Positions 11,206 to 18,677 of a stretch of 32,000 nucleotides of DNA are shown one piece after another (positions within the stretch are counted from its first letter, which is position 1; the number at the start of each line of letters is the position of its first letter). The notes under the pieces were generated by a model that was not told the origin of the DNA, did no database searches, and saw only the letters and a list, made by a program, of their open reading frames with translations. Made by a program: the position numbers and the translations under genes. Source of the stretch: Alkanindiges sp. WGS2144 (lineage in GTDB: Bacteria; Pseudomonadota; Gammaproteobacteria; Pseudomonadales; Moraxellaceae); the NCBI RefSeq assembly GCF_043950625.1, contig NZ_CP171007.1. One strand, written 5' to 3'.

Positions 11206-11338
11206 GAGATAAATACTTAAAAAATAAAGCTTAACCAAGCGTTGTTAATAAAAACCCCACGAAGCTTGACAAAAACATTATGAAGGAAACAAAAAGCCTT
11301 GTTTTTATATCTGGTTACTTTGTTAAGGTTAATTAGGC

Positions 11339-11379
11339 TCATCACTAAGTTGATTTATTTAGAAAAACTTAAGTGATGA
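11339..11379. repeat. Imperfect inverted repeat (13 bp arms, one bulge) in the 5' region of the TM-helix-repeat gene
   Basis: TCATCACTAAGTT (11339-11351) and AACTTAAGTGATGA (11366-11379) are separated by 14 nt. No U-tract follows. It lies about 140 nt upstream of ATG 11521. Confidence 0.4.
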
Positions 11380-11520
11380 TCCTATGAAATAAGGGCACTA
11401 ATCAGTAGCGAACCCATTGGACAAGTATTTTAAACTTGATCAATAACAGCAAACAGTATGCACAAGAATGACGTTACTGATTAGTGAGAATGAATGACCG
11501 ATATGATCAAGGGGTTAAAC

Positions 11521-13167
11521 ATGGATAACTTCCAGCACTTCCAGAATACATACGGTGTTCAGCTGGAACCAATTCTCGGTGCAATCGTGATTCTACTGAT
11601 TGGCTGGGTAATTGCGTTGCTGGCTGGCGCAGGTGTAAGAAAACTACTTTCCAAGCTTTCAGTGAACCGACACGTTAACTCATCAACTGGTCACCAGACG
11701 GATATTGAGCGTATTGCCGGACGCGTGACTTTCTGGTTTATTCTGATTATTGCGATCATTGCCAGTTTTAACCTTCTTAATCTGCATGCCGTATCAGCAC
11801 CGTTTTCCAATATGGTCAATGAGGTGCTGATCTTTATTCCGCGTGTGTTATCTGCACTGGTATTAGGTGTGCTTGGCTGGGTATTGGCCACAGTAGTGCG
11901 GGCGGCGATTACCCGTCTGTTGGCCCGTACCAGTCTGGATGAGCGCCTCAGTGCAGAGGTAGGGGTACAGCCTCTGAGTAATAATATTGGTCAGATCATT
12001 TACTGGCTGATTTTACTGCTGTTTGTGCCGCTGGTTTTATCGGCGCTGGGCTTAAACGGCTTGCTGTTGCCTGTACAAAACATGGTGAATGACCTGCTGG
12101 TATTTTTACCTCATGTATTTGCGGCAGCCGTTATTGGTTTTGTGGGCTATTTTGTGGCAAAAATTGTGCGTAATATCGTGGTGGGTCTGGTATCCAGCTT
12201 AAACGTACAGTCCGCTGCTGAACGTGCCGGTGTACCTGCTACCACCAATTTGCCCAAAATTGCGGGCTCTATTGTTTTTATTTTAATTTTGATTCCTACC
12301 CTGATTGCTGCGCTTGATGCCCTGCAAATCGAGGCAATTTCCCAGCCTGCCATCCGTATGCTGGATCAAATCATGTATGCCATTCCCAATATTATTGCTG
12401 CGGCGTTAATATTGATTATTACCTATATGATTGCCAAATTTGTGGCCGGTATTTTAGTGGGCTTGATCAGTGGCACAGAAGTAGACCGCCTGCCAGCCAA
12501 ACTCAATATGCAGCGCTTTTTGGGCGGCATGAGTGTGTCAGAAATAATCGGCAAATTGATTATATTCTTTGCCATGTTGTTTGCTGTTGCAGAAGCGGCA
12601 AATCGCCTGGGCTTTGATCAGGTGAGCGATTTAATTTCTATCTTTATCGCTTTTGGTGCCAACGTATTGCTGGGCGTAGCTATCTTTGTCATTGGCTTCT
12701 GGCTGGCCAACCTGATTGGCAGCATTGTAGAGCGTGGCCAGTATAATTATTCAGTGTGGCTGGCTAATGTGGTACGCGTCCTGATTATTGGCCTGGTACT
12801 GGCGATGGGCTTGCGTGCCATGGGTATTGCAGATTCTATTGTTAACCTGGCCTTTGGTTTAACCCTGGGCGCGGTGGCAGTTGCGTTTGCACTGGCCTTT
12901 GGTCTGGGCGGTCGTGAACCAGCAGCGCGTTTGCTGGATGATATGCTCAATAAAGCCAAGGAACATGCACATAAGCCTAATCCTGCGGCAGAGCGCGAGC
13001 CAATGAGCAATGCAGATATGGAAGTGCCTTTAGCTACCAGCATGGGCTCTCCTGTGGTGAGTCCTTCAGAAACAGCTGCGCCTGAAAACGGTACGGATAT
13101 GATCAGCCCAGGCTTACCCAATATTTCGGGTAACAATAATCCGGATGATAACAACTCATTGGGTTAA
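11521..13167 (+). CDS. Polytopic membrane protein made of ~5 tandem 'conserved TM helix' (Pfam TM_helix-like) repeats, with no MscS channel domain and a low-complexity C-terminal tail
   Basis: About 90-aa units recur, each with a (I/L)P-x-(V/I)-hydrophobic helix followed by a second helix. Examples: NMVNEVLIFIPRVLSALVLGVLGWVLATVVR, NMVNDLLVFLPHVFAAAVIGFVGYFVAKIVR, MLDQIMYAIPNIIAAALILIITYMIAKFV. AAGGGG lies 6 nt upstream of ATG 11521; an in-frame ATG at 11494 is the ORF-track start. The tail is rich in P/S/N/E. Confidence 0.8.
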   Translation: MDNFQHFQNTYGVQLEPILGAIVILLIGWVIALLAGAGVRKLLSKLSVNRHVNSSTGHQTDIERIAGRVTFWFILIIAIIASFNLLNLHAVSAPFSNMVNEVLIFIPRVLSALVLGVLGWVLATVVRAAITRLLARTSLDERLSAEVGVQPLSNNIGQIIYWLILLLFVPLVLSALGLNGLLLPVQNMVNDLLVFLPHVFAAAVIGFVGYFVAKIVRNIVVGLVSSLNVQSAAERAGVPATTNLPKIAGSIVFILILIPTLIAALDALQIEAISQPAIRMLDQIMYAIPNIIAAALILIITYMIAKFVAGILVGLISGTEVDRLPAKLNMQRFLGGMSVSEIIGKLIIFFAMLFAVAEAANRLGFDQVSDLISIFIAFGANVLLGVAIFVIGFWLANLIGSIVERGQYNYSVWLANVVRVLIIGLVLAMGLRAMGIADSIVNLAFGLTLGAVAVAFALAFGLGGREPAARLLDDMLNKAKEHAHKPNPAAEREPMSNADMEVPLATSMGSPVVSPSETAAPENGTDMISPGLPNISGNNNPDDNNSLG

Positions 13168-13192
13168 GTGAGCTTGTTAAAAGGTAAAAGCT

Positions 13193-13222
13193 AAAAAACC
13201 GCTGTTGATGCAGCGGTTTTTT
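13193..13222 (+). terminator. Rho-independent terminator (A-tract/hairpin/T-tract, potentially bidirectional)
   Basis: AAAAAACCGCTG - ttgatg - CAGCGGTTTTTT, 26 nt after the stop of the TM-helix-repeat gene. Confidence 0.8.
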
Positions 13223-13278
13223 CTATATATATTCAAAGCCTAGCTACCCACAACGGGATAATACAACAGGTTATTTAT

Positions 13279-13629
13279 ATGAATACACCAGAACAACAGG
13301 AGTATCAGTCCATCAGTAATCTGGAAGCAAACCGTAAGCTGACCCTGATTATTTATGTGCTGTATGCACTGGCTATTTTTAATGGTATTACTGCCATTAT
13401 TGCAGTGATACTTAATTATATAAAGCAGGATGAAGTACAGGATACCTGGTTACAAAGCCATTTTGACTGGCACATCAAAACATTCTGGTGGACGCTACTC
13501 TGGGGAATTGTTGGTACAGTGACCTCATTTATTTTAATTGGTTTCGTTATTTTATTTGTGTTGATGGTTTGGTACATCTACCGGATTGCCAAGGGCTTTC
13601 TGGCCTTTAATGAACAACGTCCTGTTTAG
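13279..13629 (+). CDS. Small integral membrane protein (COG3671/DUF4870-like)
   Basis: 116 aa with two long hydrophobic segments. The pattern ...NYIKQDEVQDTWLQSHFDWHIKTFWW... resembles the conserved core of this family as I recall it. It is an isolated ORF with its own flanking hairpins. Confidence 0.65.
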   Translation: MNTPEQQEYQSISNLEANRKLTLIIYVLYALAIFNGITAIIAVILNYIKQDEVQDTWLQSHFDWHIKTFWWTLLWGIVGTVTSFILIGFVILFVLMVWYIYRIAKGFLAFNEQRPV

Positions 13630-13649
13630 TTTTTTAAGGCCTATATCAA

Positions 13650-13676
13650 TTAGCCACCATAATAGCAGGTGGCTAA
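13650..13676. terminator. Hairpin between convergent small-membrane-protein genes (possible shared terminator)
   Basis: TTAGCCACC (13650-13658) pairs with GGTGGCTAA (13668-13676) across a 9-nt loop. There is no strong U-tract on either side. Confidence 0.4.
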
Positions 13677-13701
13677 CGGGTAATTTGTCCTGATGATTGA
13701 T

Positions 13702-14229
13702 TTAGGTGGTTTTTTCTGGTGGTTCAGATTGCTGCTTAGTTCTGTCTTCAACTTCAATGACGCTCAATTTACCATCGCTTTCAATATAAGCTCTTTTGAC
13801 CTTTTCTAATTTATTGATGCCTTGTTCACGTAGCTGGCTGAGTAGCTCTGCCTGTGTGACAAACTCTTTGCGCATGTTTTTACGCAGCATTTTGCCATTT
13901 TTAACCAGAACAATGGGCTTGGCATCCATAAGACGCTCAAACCATGGAAATTTAAAACTGAGCCAGTCTAAGAAGAAGTTCCAGAACATTAATGTTGCTA
14001 CCAGGATAATCCCATCTGGTACGGATTTATAATCGCCTGCCATGCCGTTTTGTGAGGCATCAGACAGTAAGATCAGCAGTAAAATATCACCAGATTCCAG
14101 CCCACCAGCTTGGCGTTTTAGGATCACACGCATTAAAAAAATCAAGGCCAGATACATGACTGTACCGCGAATAAAAATTTCTAGTACGGGTATGTCAAAT
14201 GAGAAAATAGAACTCCAGTCCATGTTCAT
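13702..14229 (-). CDS. DUF421 (YetF-like) membrane protein
   Basis: 175 aa with N-terminal TM segments and a C-terminal soluble region (KPIVLVKNGKMLRKNMRKEFVTQAELLSQLREQGI...VKRAYIESDGKLSVIE) characteristic of the YetF/DUF421 family. Confidence 0.8.
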   Translation of the reverse strand: MNMDWSSIFSFDIPVLEIFIRGTVMYLALIFLMRVILKRQAGGLESGDILLLILLSDASQNGMAGDYKSVPDGIILVATLMFWNFFLDWLSFKFPWFERLMDAKPIVLVKNGKMLRKNMRKEFVTQAELLSQLREQGINKLEKVKRAYIESDGKLSVIEVEDRTKQQSEPPEKTT

Positions 14230-14337
14230 ATCAAGTAGGCCTTTTTTAGAATTAATAAGGCGATTATGACTTAAGGTTCATTTAAGAAAATTACAGTTTA
14301 GTAGAGTTCACGTAAGTTTAAATAACTAATATTTTTA

Positions 14338-14371
14338 GTAAAAAGCTGTATTAAGCTAAAGTTAATACAGC
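14338..14371 (-). terminator. Rho-independent terminator of the ammonium transporter gene
   Basis: On the minus strand: GCTGTATTAA - ctttagc - TTAATACAGC (perfect 10 bp), followed by TTTTTA. It begins 10 nt after the amt stop. Confidence 0.8.
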
Positions 14372-14381
14372 CAAAAGTTGC

Positions 14382-15569
14382 TTAGAATACATTTTGTTCG
14401 GAGGTAGACGATACCCGGTGAATACTTAGATCTGCACCGTTATATTCTTCTTCAGGGCTTAATCGAATTCCCATGGTTACTTTTAATATTCCATAGACGA
14501 TAAAGCCACCAGAAAGGGCAATCACAATTCCCAGCAGTGTACCAATCAGTTGTGACATAAAAGCGACACCACCAAGCCCACCCAATGCCTGTAAACCAAA
14601 TATTCCAGCCGCCAGCCCACCAAAGGCACCGCATACGCCATGTAATGCCCAGACACCCAGCACATCATCAATCCGCATACGGTTTTGTGTAAAGGTAAAC
14701 AACCAGACAAACAAAGCTCCCGCACAGCCACCAATCAATAAGGCGCCCAGCGGATGAACCACATCGGAACCCGCGCAAATGGCGACCAGTCCAGCTAAAG
14801 GCCCATTGTGTAAAAAACCAGGATCATTCTTGCCACGATAGTTGGCAGCCAGTGTTCCACCAGCCATGGCCATTAATGAGTTGACGGCAACCAGCCCGGA
14901 AATCCCTTCAATTCTTTGTGCACTCATGACATTAAAGCCAAACCAGCCAACAATAAGTATCCATGCGCCCAATGCCAAAAAAGGAATGGAGGAAGGTGGA
15001 TGTGCTGCAATTTTACCGCCATTTCCATAACGGCCACGGCGAGCGCCTAGCAGAATAATCGCTGGCAAGGCAATCCAGCCGCCCATGGCATGTACAACCA
15101 CTGAACCTGCAAAGTCATGGAAACTAGCACCAAAAGTATGCATTAACCAGTTTTGCAAACCAAAATGACTATTCCAGGCAATCCCTTCAAATAAAGGATA
15201 AACCAGCGCAACCAGTATAAATGTTGCAATCGTTTGAGGACGGAATTTGGCTCGTTCGGCAATTCCACCGGATACAATAGCAGGAACAGCGGCAGCGAAG
15301 GTCAGCAGGAAGAAAAAACGCACCAGACTGTAACCATGATCCGCAGTCAGCGCCAGACCAGCATGCAGAAAGTGCGTACCATACGCTACATAATAACCAA
15401 TAAAGAAGTAGGCAATGGCTGAAACCGCAAAATCAGTCAAAATCTTGCTGAGGGCATTGACCTGGTTTTTTGCCCGGACTGTGCCTACTTCCAGAAAAGC
15501 AAAACCAGCATGCATGGCGAGCACTAAAATAGCGCCAAGTAAAAGAAATAATACATCGTTGCTGGACAT
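14382..15569 (-). CDS. amt: Ammonium transporter (Amt family)
   Basis: 395 aa, ~11 TM. Amt signature blocks are present, including both pore histidines (DFAGSVVVHAMGGW and GVWALHGVCGAFGG) and AGFAFLEVGTVRAKN near the N-terminus. AGGA lies 5 nt upstream of the ATG. Confidence 0.93.
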   Translation of the reverse strand: MSSNDVLFLLLGAILVLAMHAGFAFLEVGTVRAKNQVNALSKILTDFAVSAIAYFFIGYYVAYGTHFLHAGLALTADHGYSLVRFFFLLTFAAAVPAIVSGGIAERAKFRPQTIATFILVALVYPLFEGIAWNSHFGLQNWLMHTFGASFHDFAGSVVVHAMGGWIALPAIILLGARRGRYGNGGKIAAHPPSSIPFLALGAWILIVGWFGFNVMSAQRIEGISGLVAVNSLMAMAGGTLAANYRGKNDPGFLHNGPLAGLVAICAGSDVVHPLGALLIGGCAGALFVWLFTFTQNRMRIDDVLGVWALHGVCGAFGGLAAGIFGLQALGGLGGVAFMSQLIGTLLGIVIALSGGFIVYGILKVTMGIRLSPEEEYNGADLSIHRVSSTSEQNVF

Positions 15570-15612
15570 GAATATCCTACCATCTGTGATTGAAGACCAA
15601 GCTGTCCAGTAT

Positions 15613-15629
15613 TTGCAAAAGTAGTGCCT
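15613..15629 (-). promoter_or_regulatory. Sigma54 (RpoN) -24/-12 promoter for amt
   Basis: The minus strand reads aGGCACtacttTTGCAaat, matching TGGCAC-N5-TTGCW (GG at 15628-15627, GC at 15616-15615). It lies about 45 nt upstream of the amt ATG. Confidence 0.75.
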
Positions 15630-15728
15630 AAATAACGACTCAAAGAAAATTTTTTATAAGCTATTGTTATTGTTCTAAATTATTATTTACTTGGGTATAT
15701 TTTTTAGCTATATCAATCTCTCGTTTTT

Positions 15729-15745
15729 TGCCTCATGTTGGTGCA
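15729..15745 (-). promoter_or_regulatory. Candidate NtrC-type enhancer (UAS) site upstream of the sigma54 promoter
   Basis: TGCCTCATGTTGGTGCA matches 11 of 13 specified positions of TGCACC-N4-TGGTGCA. It is centred about 130 nt upstream of the predicted start site. Only one good site was found. Confidence 0.45.
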
Positions 15746-15825
15746 GGCAGCTTGGGCTAGTGCAAAAAAGCTTGAGAGGGCATCTCTTAACCAGATTCCC
15801 ACGTGGTTTTTTTAAAATCCGAAAA

Positions 15826-17019
15826 TTATACCACTTGACCAGCAGCCACCCCGGATGACCATGCCCATTGAAAGTTATAGCCGCCCAAGTGACCTGTTAC
15901 ATCCACCACTTCACCAATAAAATACAGGCCTTTTTGTTTTTTGCTTTCCATGGTCTTGGACGACAGCTCAGCGGTATCCACGCCGCCTAAGGTCACTTCA
16001 GCCGTGCGATAGCCTTCTGTACCAGAGGGTTTTTGCTCAAAATGATGCAACTGCTGGACAAGCTGTTTGAGGTCTTTATCTGGCCATTGATTTAAAGGGC
16101 GTTCACTATGTGTTGCCCAGAGCAATTGCTGCAATTCAACAATTAAATTTTTAGCCAGATGCTCCTGTAGCACTGTGCGCAATAGGGTTTTTGGTTGTTG
16201 CTGTTTTTTATCCAGTAGCCATTGCTCAAGATCAAAACCAGTAAAAAAGTCAATAAGAATAGAATGCCCTGCTTTCCAGTAATTGGATAGCTGTAAGGCA
16301 CACGGGCCGCTTAAACCACGATGGGTAAATAGCAGGTTTTCGGTAAAACCGGCCTGATCATTAAATAGATTCACTTCGGTGGCAATACCGGATAAGCGTT
16401 CGGTCACAGCTTTAAACTGGTCGCTAAAGGTAAAGGGAACCAGCCCGGCACGGGTAGGATAGACATGATGGCCAAACTGTTTGGCCAGCTCATAACCAAA
16501 ACCGGAACCGCCGAGCGTTGGAATAGATAAGCCTCCGGTAGCAACGACCAGTGAAGTACATTGATACACAGCTTGTTGGGTTTTCAGAGTAAATAACTGT
16601 TGTTTAGAACTAAAATCAACATGAACAATATCTTGGCTGGTTTTAATGCTAACGCCTGCTTGCTCACATTCCTCAAGCAGCATGTTTAAGATATCCTTGG
16701 CGCTATTGAGACAAAACAATTGGCCGTGCTTGCGTTCTTCATAACCAATCTGATATTTACCAACCAGGCTTAAAAAATCCCACTGCGTATAGCGATTCAA
16801 GGCTGAAATCACAAAGTGCGGATTATGTGAAATATAGTTTTCTGGCTGAACGTCGAGGTTGGTAAAATTACAGCGGCCACCTCCAGACATCAGGATTTTT
16901 TTGCCTATTTTATTGGCACGTTCTAAAACCAGTACCTTACGGCCACGTTGTGCTGCAATCTGTGCGCACATTAAACCTGAAGCACCAGCCCCTAAAACAA
17001 TTACATCGGTTTGCAGCAC
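15826..17019 (-). CDS. NAD(P)/FAD-dependent oxidoreductase, HI0933/YhiN (BaiN-like) family
   Basis: 397 aa with an N-terminal dinucleotide fold DVIVLGAGASGLMCA and the family motif SGGGRCNFTN. GTG start at 17019. Confidence 0.88.
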   Translation of the reverse strand: MLQTDVIVLGAGASGLMCAQIAAQRGRKVLVLERANKIGKKILMSGGGRCNFTNLDVQPENYISHNPHFVISALNRYTQWDFLSLVGKYQIGYEERKHGQLFCLNSAKDILNMLLEECEQAGVSIKTSQDIVHVDFSSKQQLFTLKTQQAVYQCTSLVVATGGLSIPTLGGSGFGYELAKQFGHHVYPTRAGLVPFTFSDQFKAVTERLSGIATEVNLFNDQAGFTENLLFTHRGLSGPCALQLSNYWKAGHSILIDFFTGFDLEQWLLDKKQQQPKTLLRTVLQEHLAKNLIVELQQLLWATHSERPLNQWPDKDLKQLVQQLHHFEQKPSGTEGYRTAEVTLGGVDTAELSSKTMESKKQKGLYFIGEVVDVTGHLGGYNFQWAWSSGVAAGQVV

Positions 17020-17184
17020 AGTTATTATCTACAATGAATTGAAAGCCTTATTCTAGCAAAGTGTAGGGGAGTTGGTTTTGTTAAAAAACCTATCAAGCAA
17101 AGTGTTTGTCTGATATTTATAAGTGTTTCTCATTAAAAAAATGAATATATTTAGAAAAATTCATAAATTCTGGCTTAAAAAAAC

Positions 17185-17351
17185 TTGCTCCTGCCAAGGA
17201 TTGAGCGCATGATCGCAGCATGAATACATCAAATGCTGTTTTCGCCAATTCTTTTATTGCTGCTCACATTGCGGTACGACCTGTTGTGGTGCGTATCTGG
17301 GCAATGAACACGAATGGTGAGCGAGCATAAGTATTCAATGTATCGATTTAT
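17185..17351 (+). promoter_or_regulatory. Leader-like region: possible promoter, 4-codon mini-ORF and 36-codon ORF (17220-17330) upstream of the DMT transporter
   Basis: TTGCTC-17 nt-CATGAT (17185-17213). AAGGA lies 8 nt before ATG 17209 (ATG ATC GCA GCA TGA). The overlapping ATG 17220 opens MNTSNAVFANSFIAAHIAVRPVVVRIWAMNTNGERA. Several local hairpins are present. Function is unproven. Confidence 0.35.
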
Positions 17352-17378
17352 AGCCGCTCTCAAGAGCGGCTTTTTTTA
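17352..17378 (+). terminator. Strong rho-independent terminator with no annotated gene upstream on this strand
   Basis: AGCCGCTC - tcaa - GAGCGGCT (8 bp, GC-rich), followed by T7 (17371-17377). It ends about 48 nt before the DMT start codon. Confidence 0.85.
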
Positions 17379-17426
17379 TGTCTGAATTTTTATCACTAAA
17401 ACATCAAACCCGGGAGAACTTATGTC

Positions 17427-18419
17427 ATGAGCAGTGAACAACCTCCGCAGATGCTGCGGCTACCTGCCAGTACTGATTTATCACCAGCAGCTACTGCAAC
17501 CGATATCAGAGATGCCAGTCAATGGCAGGTGGGTAGCCGCTATATATTACTGGTATTAATCTGGTCTAGCACGCCGCTTGCCGTGGTATGGAGCGTACGT
17601 GACCTGCATCCTGTCTGGGCATTAACCGCCCGCTTTGTGTTGGCGGCGGTTTTGGCTTATGGGGTTTGCCGGGTAATCCGGCTGACTGTGCCAAGCCATA
17701 AACTTGCGCTAAAAAGTTATGTGGCGGGTAGTCTAAGTTTGCTGGGAGCCATGCTACTGACTTATCTGGCAGCACCTTATCTGGCATCAGGTCTGATCTC
17801 CCTGCTTTTTGGTTTTGCACCTATTATGGCGGGACTGATGGCGTTTTTGTTTAAACAGGATCAAACACTGTTTGGGGAGCAATGGCTAGGCATGCTGGTA
17901 GCACTGCTGGGTTTGACATTGATCTGCCTGACTGGTGAGAGTGCATTTGTGCAACCTGTTGGTGTAGCTTTAATTTTGCTGGCTGTGGCGTGCTATGTCG
18001 GATCAATGTTCTGGGTTAAGCATCTAAAAGCCAATTTGAACCCCTTGGCACAGACCACAGGCTCCTTGATGGTATCGGCAGTTGGTATACTGCTGCTGTT
18101 GCCTTTATTCTGGAAAGAAGCGCCAGCACATATCCCTTCTGGTTTAACCATCATGGCTATTTTATACAGTGTGGTGGTGGCTTCAATCATTGCCATGTTG
18201 TGCTATTTTGATCTGGTGCAGCGTTTAAGACCTTCAACTGTTGCTTTAACCACGGTTCTTACACCGGTATTTGCCCTGATGTTGGGGGCGCTGCTGAATC
18301 ATGAGCGAATTGGTGCCAATATGATTCTGGGAGTTGGAGTTATTTTACTGGGACTGGTACTGTATTTTGTGCGCGACTGGGCTTTGGCATATTTGAAAAA
18401 GTCAAATGAAAGCCGTTAG
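17427..18419 (+). CDS. DMT-superfamily (EamA-type) transporter
   Basis: 330 aa with ~10 TM segments in two homologous halves and a ~35 aa hydrophilic N-terminal extension. GGGAGA lies 9 nt upstream of the ATG. Confidence 0.85.
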   Translation: MSSEQPPQMLRLPASTDLSPAATATDIRDASQWQVGSRYILLVLIWSSTPLAVVWSVRDLHPVWALTARFVLAAVLAYGVCRVIRLTVPSHKLALKSYVAGSLSLLGAMLLTYLAAPYLASGLISLLFGFAPIMAGLMAFLFKQDQTLFGEQWLGMLVALLGLTLICLTGESAFVQPVGVALILLAVACYVGSMFWVKHLKANLNPLAQTTGSLMVSAVGILLLLPLFWKEAPAHIPSGLTIMAILYSVVVASIIAMLCYFDLVQRLRPSTVALTTVLTPVFALMLGALLNHERIGANMILGVGVILLGLVLYFVRDWALAYLKKSNESR

Positions 18420-18640
18420 GGGTTTAATACTGGTTTTTATAAATAGTATTAAAATATTGGAGAAGTTTCCATGAAATGCTTGGTGATAGTTGGCTTGGTC
18501 GGCATAAAAATACGCTTAATAACCGGTTGATTGTATAAAAAATTTACATTTATAGCCTGTTTTTTGCTTTACAGTACCGTCCGGTTAAGCCTTCATCAAT
18601 ATGTTTTTATTATTTTGATGGTCCGGACAACGCTGAAGCC

Positions 18641-18677
18641 AGAAAAAAGAGTGATTATTCACCAAAGTGATAATCAC
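18641..18677 (-). terminator. Rho-independent terminator of the PilZ gene
   Basis: Hairpin at 18651-18677 (8 bp + bulge + 3 bp, loop caaa). On the minus strand it is followed by TCTTTTTTCT (18641-18650). It starts 21 nt after the PilZ stop. Confidence 0.7.

Noticed and set aside
11280-11336. 18-codon ORF (MKETKSLVFISGYFVKVN) and a perfect TTGACA -35 hexamer (11266-11271) downstream of fpr.
   Set aside because: No SD precedes the ATG, and no acceptable -10 hexamer lies 16-18 nt from the TTGACA, so neither a gene nor a promoter is supported.
12747-13154. Long antisense ORFs inside well-supported genes (for example 12747-13154, 20726-21154, 29011-29472, 24319-24726, 6913-7296, 5378-5758).
   Set aside because: All lie fully within, and opposite to, genes with strong family signatures. 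Their products are low-complexity (Arg/Ser/Pro/Ala-rich) with no recognisable motifs or ribosome-binding sites. These are typical shadow ORFs.
15747-15764. Possible second NtrC half-site (…TAGTGCA) next to the better site at 15729-15745.
   Set aside because: The left half (CAGCTT/GCAGCT) matches the consensus poorly, and the spacing to the first site (~19 bp) is not the usual integral number of helical turns.
15799-15813. CCACGTGG palindrome followed by T7 just downstream of the YhiN stop, looking superficially like a terminator.
   Set aside because: An 8-bp self-complementary sequence cannot form a hairpin with a viable loop. The T-run is also on the + strand, where no gene ends. For the - strand YhiN gene the orientation is wrong (the A-run comes first).
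17055-17105. Exact 10-bp direct repeat AGCAAAGTGT (17055-17064 and 17096-17105), 41 bp apart in the YhiN/DMT intergenic region.
   Set aside because: A single 10-mer repeat within a ~400-bp AT-rich spacer has a non-negligible chance expectation (roughly 0.1 by a rough estimate). Flanks are not similar and there is no dyad symmetry. I kept it only as a note for anyone mapping operators.
17273-17316. Two ACGA tetranucleotides (17276-17279 and 17310-17313) in the leader region, reminiscent of the ACGR loops of guanidine-II (mini-ykkC) riboswitches, which often precede small transporters.
   Set aside because: The flanking bases do not form the required GC-rich stems closing ACGR tetraloops (at best 2 bp), so the resemblance is coincidental.
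18424-18452. AT-rich 8-bp hairpin TTAATACT/AGTATTAA right after the DMT stop as a possible terminator.
   Set aside because: The stem is all A/T apart from one C-G pair, the loop is 13 nt and no U-tract follows. That is too weak to call.
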